Of a stretch of 64,000 nt of DNA, positions 56,734 to 64,000 are shown in pieces. How positions within the stretch are numbered: position 1 is the stretch's first letter; each line of letters begins with the position of its first letter. Origin of the DNA: an uncultured virus (IMG/VR IMGVR_UViG_3300032282_004167). Lineage: Duplodnaviria; Heunggongvirae; Uroviricota; Caudoviricetes. Position numbers and translations under genes: made by a program. The DNA lies in the IMG/VR virus record IMGVR_UViG_3300032282_004167, one strand, 5' to 3'. The notes under the pieces were generated by a model that had not been told where the DNA came from, ran no database searches, and saw only the letters and a list, made by a program, of their open reading frames with translations.

Positions 56734-57196
56734 TTATACAGTTTCTCCCGACGTAACCGATGAAGATCTTGATCATCATCAAACCATTGTAGCGCAAGCT
56801 TCTCTCTACTATGCTTCTATAAAGTCTAAAGGCTACTGTACAGCAATTATCGGTCAAGATTCTGAGTTGTTTTATTCTCATTCTGAATCCGATAGAAGAA
56901 AAGCTGCTTCCAAATATTGCTCTAGATGTCCAGTTGCAAAAGAATGCTTATTGTATGCTTTTGCTTCTCGTGAAGAGTACGGAGTATGGGGTGGAACTCT
57001 TGAGGCAACGCGGATTATCTTATTGCGCAAAGCTGCTCGTAAAGCTGGAGTTCCATATTCTTCTGTTCTGACCAAATCTTTTTGGGCTGAGATAGTAAAT
57101 ATTATTGATACTTTCTTTTCTTCTCCAAGAATAAATTACAGCACAAAGGGAAGGATTCTTAAGAAATCCAGAGTCAATCCCATGTATCGTCCGTAA
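56708..57196 (+). CDS. WhiB-family Fe-S transcription factor
   Basis: C......LFY......A..YCSRCPV..ECL.YA....EYGVWGG. Confidence 0.88.
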   Translation: MKFLFHSTNYTVSPDVTDEDLDHHQTIVAQASLYYASIKSKGYCTAIIGQDSELFYSHSESDRRKAASKYCSRCPVAKECLLYAFASREEYGVWGGTLEATRIILLRKAARKAGVPYSSVLTKSFWAEIVNIIDTFFSSPRINYSTKGRILKKSRVNPMYRP

Positions 57197-57274
57197 TCTT
57201 TCATGGGAAAATAGAATATAATACGATACCTACTAAAACAAAACAAGTCCTGAACAACAAGGAGCAAACCGTAG

Positions 57275-57517
57275 GTGTCATCTGTCTTCACAAATTCAGA
57301 TTTAATCAATAATATTTCAGAATACTTTAAGCATACCTTTTTTGATATGCCTGCTTTTACGCTGTTAAACGTTGCTAAGTTTCCACTTACTGAGCTTATC
57401 AGCAAAATAGTCGTCGCATTTGTTGCTCTTGCTACTGCTTGCAATGAGTTCTTCATGTATATGAAAAACAAGAAGTTATCAGATATCCTTCGTCACAGCA
57501 ACATCACTAACGTATAG
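57275..57517 (+). CDS. Hypothetical protein
   Basis: 80 aa, AAGGAG RBS. Confidence 0.5.
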   Translation: MSSVFTNSDLINNISEYFKHTFFDMPAFTLLNVAKFPLTELISKIVVAFVALATACNEFFMYMKNKKLSDILRHSNITNV

Positions 57518-57525
57518 GAATAGTT

Positions 57526-57930
57526 ATGTCAAGCTCCGAATCAGAGTTCGATTTCACACATTCTCCGGTAAAACCCTTTCGTTTTACTTTTGATACTAGT
57601 GTTTCTAATGTTCATTATAATGAATTAGTTTCCCAGTATCAAACCTTAGAGGAACGTATTTCTCGTCTTATCAACGAACCCACTATTGATGGGAATCCAA
57701 TCATTCAGTTTATTTTCAAAATGACTGATCCTGAACCGAATGATTTAGCTATATGTGGTCGTGCTCTGATTCGGCTTGCAGAAATTTATCCAGAGTTTCA
57801 AAAGTTGAAAGAAAAGATATCTTTCATGAAGTATGCTCGTCTTAATCCCGACGTTGCTGCTCTTGCATTTGGTGATTTCGACGCTGATATTGAAAATTTA
57901 TTGAATGAGACTTCAAAAGAAAACCTATGA
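57526..57930 (+). CDS. Hypothetical protein
   Basis: 134 aa, overlaps the next gene start. Confidence 0.55.
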   Translation: MSSSESEFDFTHSPVKPFRFTFDTSVSNVHYNELVSQYQTLEERISRLINEPTIDGNPIIQFIFKMTDPEPNDLAICGRALIRLAEIYPEFQKLKEKISFMKYARLNPDVAALAFGDFDADIENLLNETSKENL

Positions 57931-59645
57931 AATATCTAATTGATTTATCCAACGATACCTTTTCTGGTCCCGTCTTCCAAGATATCTCTGTAGATTCTTC
58001 TCAAAGCCTTTATGACTTAATGTCCTCTATGTCCAAAAACGCTTGGATTGAGACAGACCTCCTTCCCGTGTCTGGCGCTGGAATGCTTTCATACCGCGCT
58101 GCATTTGGTTCTGAGCAGATCATTTATCAAATTCCTCCCGGAGTATATACTGTTCGCTGGGGAGATACTGAAAATGATATGTATGCAGAGAATTACCAAC
58201 TTGCTCATCCCTGGAAAGTTGTCATTGCAGATTTTAAAGACGGCAATTTCTTAGGTGTTCGTCATTTCTATAGCCCTGATTCCATTGTTTATTGGGATCA
58301 ACCTCTTTATGCTGTAAACCTTCCTAACACCAATACTAGAGGATATAACGGAACTAGCATTGGTTGGGTATGTCTTTACCTTAAGGACGATACTCAAAAG
58401 TATTCACTTGCAGAAAAAGTTGATTATATAATTCACAGAGAGTCTGGACTTTCTGAGCCTTATAATAATAACAACATGAACAATACTGACGGTACTCGTT
58501 TCTATGAACGCAATGGCGCTCCCGTCTTTATGTATAATCCTTCAGAATGGCAGTTAAAAACTCAAAAAGAAGGATATTCTTGGATTCTTGATTCCAATCT
58601 TTTGATTGATCTTCATGTTTCTACTGACGGCCATGCTGAGAGGTATGACCAAGAATCTCCTGTCTATACTTTACGTAGAGCTTCTTTCGAGCCATACTCT
58701 GCCTATTATAGCGACAATCTTTATGACAAGCCTTTTAATATTTTATCTAGACAGGGTTTCGATCCTGCTCATAGAAATACCTGGCTTTCTCCAATCATGT
58801 CAATAACTGGTAATACTCTTCTCGATTCTCCTAAAGAAAAACTTTCTCCATCCCAAGTCTTATCTAAGAATTATGATTTTATTTTCTCTGATAATATAAC
58901 TAATTCTACTAAGTCTGGTTGGATTTGTTATCTTTGTGATGAGAAGTATCCTTTCAGTGATGAAAACACAAGTGTTGTCACTTCTTATAGTTTTAATCCA
59001 GTCCTAAAGTCTCTTCATTCTTTTAATCATGAGACTTTTTGCTCATCTTGCGTAGACAACGATGTTATTTATATCGATAGCGAATATGACTATTTTACTT
59101 TTGGTTGTCTTGTTTGGTGCGATACCGAAAATGAATGGGCTATTCCAGAGAAAACTATTTCATGTAGTAATTGTTATTCTATATATACGTCCTCGCATAC
59201 TGTAAATAATGGTCCCGTTTTAGTCTATTCTGATTTGTATCCTGATTCTATCGAAACCAGTCCTATCGTCGGCTGTATTGGTTGTATTGATTCTGAATCG
59301 TTTGTTGTTTCAGATATTAATAACAATTTGCTATTGTACAGTAAGGCAGTTTCATACAAGAAGGCTTCTATCACTATGGAATATAGTGATATTATTCTTG
59401 AAGACGGCACCAAAGCTCAACAGTTTAAGCCTGTTTTAGTTACCAACGAGTTTTACACCTCTGCTTACAAAGCCCAAGCTTCTGGAAATGTAATCTGTAA
59501 GTGTGAATTTATGGTGCCTGAATCTTCACTTTCTAATACAGTCCCTTCTACTTGCACTACTTGTCTTGTAAAAGGTGAATATAAGTGTTATCTTGATTCG
59601 TTTAGTTCTGATTCTTTACCTACTCAAAAAGCAAACGCAGTCTAA
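57927..59645 (+). CDS. Prokaryotic E2 (ubiquitin-conjugating-like) domain fused to Cys-rich Zn-binding repeats
   Basis: YQLAHPW.V......LYAVNLPNTN...IGWVC. C-terminal CxxC pairs. Context of JAB, E1 and Ubl genes. Confidence 0.6.
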   Translation: MKYLIDLSNDTFSGPVFQDISVDSSQSLYDLMSSMSKNAWIETDLLPVSGAGMLSYRAAFGSEQIIYQIPPGVYTVRWGDTENDMYAENYQLAHPWKVVIADFKDGNFLGVRHFYSPDSIVYWDQPLYAVNLPNTNTRGYNGTSIGWVCLYLKDDTQKYSLAEKVDYIIHRESGLSEPYNNNNMNNTDGTRFYERNGAPVFMYNPSEWQLKTQKEGYSWILDSNLLIDLHVSTDGHAERYDQESPVYTLRRASFEPYSAYYSDNLYDKPFNILSRQGFDPAHRNTWLSPIMSITGNTLLDSPKEKLSPSQVLSKNYDFIFSDNITNSTKSGWICYLCDEKYPFSDENTSVVTSYSFNPVLKSLHSFNHETFCSSCVDNDVIYIDSEYDYFTFGCLVWCDTENEWAIPEKTISCSNCYSIYTSSHTVNNGPVLVYSDLYPDSIETSPIVGCIGCIDSESFVVSDINNNLLLYSKAVSYKKASITMEYSDIILEDGTKAQQFKPVLVTNEFYTSAYKAQASGNVICKCEFMVPESSLSNTVPSTCTTCLVKGEYKCYLDSFSSDSLPTQKANAV

Positions 59646-59687
59646 TTATTCTACGATAATATCTCAGCTCAAAGGAATTGTGCATTT

Positions 59688-60938
59688 ATGCAAGTTATAG
59701 AAGAAGTCCAGCCAGCAATCACTGCTGATGAACTTTACATCAAAGATGTTAATGGTTTTCCTCTTTTCCACGCTTCTACCACCACTGCTCTTGACGTGAT
59801 TGAAAATGAAGGTCATGACATTTATTATGTTCTTGCTTCAGAACAAATTGAAACTCAAGAAGGTACAGTAAAGAAGTCTGTTTACCGTCCCACAATTTTT
59901 AGAGTCACTAAGACTATTATTGGTCGCTCTATTATTAAAGCTTCTTCTCCAGAGCTTGATATTCCACTAGATATCAAACAGTCTGCTTGGTTTACTCTTC
60001 CCAAGATTCCTTGGACTATGCTTAAGAAGATGGACTCCTTCTTCCGTCAGGCCTATAAGCTTCATGGCACTGAGTCCGTTCTTGTTCTTACTTATGACCC
60101 CAATTATAAGAACTCTGAGAATCCTTCTGATGGCTGGGGATGCATTGCTCCCAAGCAGACCAACACTGCTGCTAGCTGTGACTATGAGTTTGATAGCGTT
60201 ATGCAAGTCAAGCCTGAGCATGTTTTTATCGTTGGTTCTGCTCATAGTCACCCCAACATGAGCGCCTATTTCAGTGGCACTGACCATCAGGATCAGGCAG
60301 ACTGGGATGGTCTTCATATCACTTTCGGCTGGAAAGGTGATGGTCCTTCTGAATATCATATTGGGTTGATGCTCGGCGGAGAAGAATGGCCTTTTAAGCC
60401 TGAACAAGTTTTTGAGCCCGCCCCTGAACCCACTATTGCTCTTGACGAAGTAGATGGCTGGGTGCAAAACGTCCAAAAAAAAGTCTATACTCAACCGGCT
60501 TCTGCGACGACTACTGGGGGATGGGTTGGGGCTACTTATAACACTCCTGTTACTTCTTATAAGCCTGCTCTTGGCTCCAGTATTCCTTCAGAGCGCAAAC
60601 GTGCCATTAAGCTTCCTGACAATACTCCTGACCCTAGGAATCATGTCATTGTTGCAAGGGTTGATTTGCACGACAACATGAAGTGCTGTTTCTGTAGTAC
60701 TCCTTTGGCACCAAAGATTCTTGAGTCTCGCCGTTGTGCCGCTTGCAGCTCTTACTTCTTGATTGATGATGAACCCCTTGACGAACTTCTTCCTGTTCGT
60801 CAAAAGCTTGGCAAGCCATATGACATCAATATCGATATTGAACGCTCTCCTGTTCCTATTGTTGTCTGGAACGTTGATCCCACTGGTAAGAATCATTTCT
60901 TTAGTGGTGATCAACGAATTGCTGCTTCCCCAAAATAA
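59688..60938 (+). CDS. JAB/MPN (JAMM) metallo-isopeptidase with a C-terminal Zn ribbon
   Basis: LPKIP, GTESV, PKQ, HSHPNMSAYFSGTD..D, GLHITFG. CCFC..CAAC. Confidence 0.88.
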   Translation: MQVIEEVQPAITADELYIKDVNGFPLFHASTTTALDVIENEGHDIYYVLASEQIETQEGTVKKSVYRPTIFRVTKTIIGRSIIKASSPELDIPLDIKQSAWFTLPKIPWTMLKKMDSFFRQAYKLHGTESVLVLTYDPNYKNSENPSDGWGCIAPKQTNTAASCDYEFDSVMQVKPEHVFIVGSAHSHPNMSAYFSGTDHQDQADWDGLHITFGWKGDGPSEYHIGLMLGGEEWPFKPEQVFEPAPEPTIALDEVDGWVQNVQKKVYTQPASATTTGGWVGATYNTPVTSYKPALGSSIPSERKRAIKLPDNTPDPRNHVIVARVDLHDNMKCCFCSTPLAPKILESRRCAACSSYFLIDDEPLDELLPVRQKLGKPYDINIDIERSPVPIVVWNVDPTGKNHFFSGDQRIAASPK

Positions 60939-61000
60939 TTAAGGGCACTGACTATAGAGATCGTATCTCTCATAGAAAGAGCCCATTAGAAGAGCTTTCT

Positions 61001-61549
61001 TTGTGCCCTAAATGTTCTGCATGGGCGCCAGTAAATACTCACTGGGATTTCTGGACTTGTGACGAATGTTACGAGGCTATGGATGAATGGTGGCTTGTTG
61101 ATTCATTGTTTTGGCATGATGATACTCATACCTATATTGATACTTCTATTGATTATCTCTATACCCGTCATTATCCAGAAGCCATTACCGCAGATGATTG
61201 TATGATTTGTGATTCTAACTTCATGATTCAGAATTGTTCTTGTGGTACCAATCCATATGATTGGACTGACTTTTTAAGAATCACTAGAGCTAAGAATATT
61301 AACAATTCTGACATTTATGCTTTAGATTTTGAGAAAAGCATGGATTGTTATCTTTGTGAGTATTTCAATACTTACCAATGTGTTCCAATAAGAAACTGGT
61401 TCAGGAATCTTGTAGAAACTCATACTCTTCCTCAAGAAAAAATTTCTTTCTGCAAATACTTTACTCCTGATCCATCAGCAGATGATGTATTAATTGAAAC
61501 GGTTTTGAATCAACTTGGAAAAGAAGAAATATTGTTAAAGGGAATATGA
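61001..61549 (+). CDS. Cys-rich Zn-binding protein in the Ubl operon
   Basis: CPKC, CDEC, CMIC, CSC, CYLC. Start uncertain. Confidence 0.55.
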   Translation: MCPKCSAWAPVNTHWDFWTCDECYEAMDEWWLVDSLFWHDDTHTYIDTSIDYLYTRHYPEAITADDCMICDSNFMIQNCSCGTNPYDWTDFLRITRAKNINNSDIYALDFEKSMDCYLCEYFNTYQCVPIRNWFRNLVETHTLPQEKISFCKYFTPDPSADDVLIETVLNQLGKEEILLKGI

Positions 61550-62322
61550 TAACAATGAAACCTGTCAGGTGCGTAATCGTCGGCTGTGGCGGTATTGGTT
61601 CTTGGCTTGCAGCTGGTCTCGTAAGAGCAATGCAGTTCCAAGCTCCCATGTCTCAACTTGTCCTCGTTGATGGCGACAACTTTGAACCAAAGAACATGGA
61701 ACGTCAAAGCTTTGTTACTTACGGCAATAAAGCTAATGCTCTTCGTTCTGACCTTCAACCAATTGCCCCTCAAACCTTTGTCATTTCTCGTCCAGCTTGG
61801 ATCGTTCCAGAAGGTATGGCAGTTGTTTCCGAGGATGATACTACTACGAAAATGACTGCTCATCAGTTGCTTCAAGAAAATGATTATGTTTTTGTTGCAG
61901 TAGACAATTTTGCTGCTCGTAAACTATTGTTTGATGCAGCTGCTGATTATAACAATATTGACATTTTTACTGGCGGTAATGATGACAGACTTTTCGGTTC
62001 TGTTTATCATTATCAACGTCGTGATGGTCAAGATATTACCTTACCCCCTGCTCACTTTCATGATGAGTTTGTTAATCCACCTGATAAGAATCCAGGTGAA
62101 CTTTCTTGTCAAGAGCGTGCAGCATTAGATGGCGGCACTCAATTGCTTGCTGTCAATATGGGTGTTGCAGCGTGGCTTTTATCGAAAGCTTGTTATGTCA
62201 TCTTTGGCACCGATGAAGAAAGCAAAGCATCTGTAGAATTGTCAGAAATTTATTTCGACATGGAAGCAGGGCTTTCTCAGCCATATGATCGTCGTCCAGT
62301 TAATGTCCCAATCACCGTTTAA
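61546..62322 (+). CDS. ThiF/E1-like ubiquitin-activating enzyme
   Basis: IVGCGGIGS, VDGDNFEPKNMERQ, AVDNFAAR, GGN, LSC (candidate catalytic Cys). Confidence 0.9.
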   Translation: MITMKPVRCVIVGCGGIGSWLAAGLVRAMQFQAPMSQLVLVDGDNFEPKNMERQSFVTYGNKANALRSDLQPIAPQTFVISRPAWIVPEGMAVVSEDDTTTKMTAHQLLQENDYVFVAVDNFAARKLLFDAAADYNNIDIFTGGNDDRLFGSVYHYQRRDGQDITLPPAHFHDEFVNPPDKNPGELSCQERAALDGGTQLLAVNMGVAAWLLSKACYVIFGTDEESKASVELSEIYFDMEAGLSQPYDRRPVNVPITV

Positions 62323-62340
62323 CAAACGAGGTACAATACA

Positions 62341-62595
62341 ATGAATGAATCAGTAAGCCAGCCGTCCCCATCAGCAAGTTCTTCTTCGGGCAAGGTCACC
62401 ATCAAGTATGGTGTTCACGTTCGTGAAGTCGAAGCTGGTACTACCATTGGCGATCTTCGCAAGAAGTATGGTCAAATCCTTCGCATCCCCGAAGATGCTC
62501 GCGGCTACAGCGGCACCAATCAGATGAGCGATGACCAAGTCCTCACCGACGGTACCACCGTTGAGTTTGTCCGCAAGACCGGCGAAAAGGGCTGA
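62341..62595 (+). CDS. Ubiquitin-like (beta-grasp) protein
   Basis: VTIKYG...AGTTIGDLR...D.VL.DG.TVEFVRKTGEKG, ends in Gly, directly after E1. Confidence 0.8.
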   Translation: MNESVSQPSPSASSSSGKVTIKYGVHVREVEAGTTIGDLRKKYGQILRIPEDARGYSGTNQMSDDQVLTDGTTVEFVRKTGEKG

Positions 62596-62610
62596 CCCTA
62601 CTCTAATTCC

Positions 62611-62706
62611 CTCTGTGGCGCTACTTAGATGTCTATATACTATACATACTACTGGTCGAGTATGTATAGTATAAGCTAACTTTTAAGTAGCGCCACAGAG
62701 TTTTTT
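62611..62706 (+). terminator. Long hairpin with U-tract (intrinsic terminator)
   Basis: ctctgtggcgctactta/taagtagcgccacagag followed by TTTTTT. Confidence 0.75.
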
Positions 62707-62722
62707 GTGGTAGCATATCGTT

Positions 62723-63241
62723 ATGACTTTATCTTATACTTTACAACAAATATCTGAAGTTTTAGAGCAAGTTCTTGATCCTGAGTTATCTACTCTTTTG
62801 ACTCGTATTAATTCAAAAGATGATTCTCCGTATGTTACTCTTCCTAACTCTAACGACATTGATCTTCCTCCCACTGATGTCGCTAGACTTATAGCTACTA
62901 CTTCTAACGAGTATGGCAAAGCGTGTAGAATTGCTGGTATTGCTCGCGCTCAGTATAAAATTGCTGTTGGTCAATACAAGTTGAAGTATAGAATATCTTC
63001 TGGTTCTGGCAAAAATGCTGCTGAACGAGAATCAAAGGCCGCTGAAGCTTCGCGTTCAGAATTTGAACGCATGGTTCTTCTTGAAGCTGTCGTAGAACTT
63101 GCTGAATCTATTGAGTCATCTACTCGCATCGCTTCCGAATCTTCTCGTAGAATGCTTCTTGGAGCTGACCAATACTCCAAAGCTTATTCTCGAACAGAAT
63201 CTTTTGAAACTTCTACTGACCGTAGTTATTCTACTTTCTGA
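62723..63241 (+). CDS. Helical coiled-coil protein (possible UvsY-like recombination mediator)
   Basis: 172 aa helical, with a KNAAERESKA segment. Function speculative. Confidence 0.4.
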   Translation: MTLSYTLQQISEVLEQVLDPELSTLLTRINSKDDSPYVTLPNSNDIDLPPTDVARLIATTSNEYGKACRIAGIARAQYKIAVGQYKLKYRISSGSGKNAAERESKAAEASRSEFERMVLLEAVVELAESIESSTRIASESSRRMLLGADQYSKAYSRTESFETSTDRSYSTF

Positions 63242-63243
63242 TC

Positions 63244-63486
63244 ATGACCCCTTTTCTTGTCGTTTTATATGCCTCCAATCAGTGTGGACATGTGTTCTCT
63301 AGCCAGCATCTTGCCATAGGCGAGCACTATCCTCCTTCTGTTCTTTATTTATGTCCAGCATGTGAAAAAACTCATCTTTTTAATGAACGTAGATCTTTTC
63401 ATATAACTACTTCGTCAATGGATGTCAATTTTAAGAATTATTGTTTAGCTCAGAATATTTCTGATATAAACGTTGAGATTCTGTAA
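63244..63486 (+). CDS. Small Zn-ribbon protein
   Basis: QCGH...CPAC. Confidence 0.5.
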   Translation: MTPFLVVLYASNQCGHVFSSQHLAIGEHYPPSVLYLCPACEKTHLFNERRSFHITTSSMDVNFKNYCLAQNISDINVEIL

Positions 63487-63522
63487 AAAAAGAATAAGTA
63501 CTATACAATATCTGGAGTTCTA

Positions 63523-64000
63523 ATGTCACTGCTTTCTGCGATTCAGAATCGCACTCCTTTGGTTTGGGTCATGACTACTGAGCCTGAGCGATTGATCGCT
63601 AACATTCCTGCCATTTCTGACGATAGAATCATTTATATCTTTGACCCTATTAAAGGTCTTCTTCAGTGGTCTTCCGATGACAATGAGTGGAAAATTGTAC
63701 TAGTAAATATTCCCTCTCTTGATCCAGATGAAGAAGATGATCAGGTTACTTTAAGTGATTATCCCTCTGCTCTTAGTTATGTTCTTTCCAGCGTTAATTC
63801 TATATTTATTGCCCGCAATGCTCATAAAGATATAGATAATTTCTTGTCTTTGTATTCTTCTATTTACGGCCAGTATCGTAACGCTTTTTGGACTAATAAC
63901 CTTGATTCTCTTCCTGTCCAGATTATTGCTCTTTCCGCAGGAGATTCTCCTCCCGCAGAAATTGCCAATATGTGCACTAAAGTTTCTTATGGAACTCCTT
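63523..64000 (+). CDS. Ycf46-like AAA ATPase, N-terminal part (runs off the window)
   Basis: MSLLSAIQNRTPLVWVMTTEPERLI...FDPIKGL...PPAEIA....V.Y..P. Confidence 0.55.
   Translation, partial: MSLLSAIQNRTPLVWVMTTEPERLIANIPAISDDRIIYIFDPIKGLLQWSSDDNEWKIVLVNIPSLDPDEEDDQVTLSDYPSALSYVLSSVNSIFIARNAHKDIDNFLSLYSSIYGQYRNAFWTNNLDSLPVQIIALSAGDSPPAEIANMCTKVSYGTP

Noticed and set aside
1..64000. Alternative genetic code
   Set aside because: Genes are full length under the standard code, TAA, TAG and TGA all end genes, and no suppressor tRNA was seen.

Overview
This window looks like part of a large dsDNA tailed-phage genome. The host is probably actinobacterial: the window has WhiB- and DUF732-like genes, a parS-like site, and tRNAs for the TTA and ATA codons. 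Bases 1-16.1 kb form a minus-strand late/virion block: FN3 tail protein, terminase large subunit, Gly/Ala-rich internal-virion-like proteins (one with a DEDDh exonuclease domain) and a Clp-type AAA ATPase. RecA and peptide deformylase follow on the plus strand. From about 20.1 kb nearly everything is plus-strand early/middle genes. This part contains: (i) four intergenic leaders built on a minimal tRNA-like structure; (ii) two paralogous single-chain two-barrel (YonO/QDE-1-like) RNA polymerase candidates with a DLDD catalytic motif and apparently permuted motif order; (iii) a 12-copy AAAAGAGGGG motif found only downstream of the first polymerase; (iv) non-coding RNA islands with a repeated pseudoknot family, a pistol ribozyme and tRNA mimics; (v) a tRNA-Leu(UAA) nested inside a split tRNA, plus a tRNA-Ile(UAU); (vi) a ubiquitin-like conjugation operon (E2-like, JAB, E1/ThiF, Ubl). 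All calls come from motif reading and hand base-pairing. No database searches were run.
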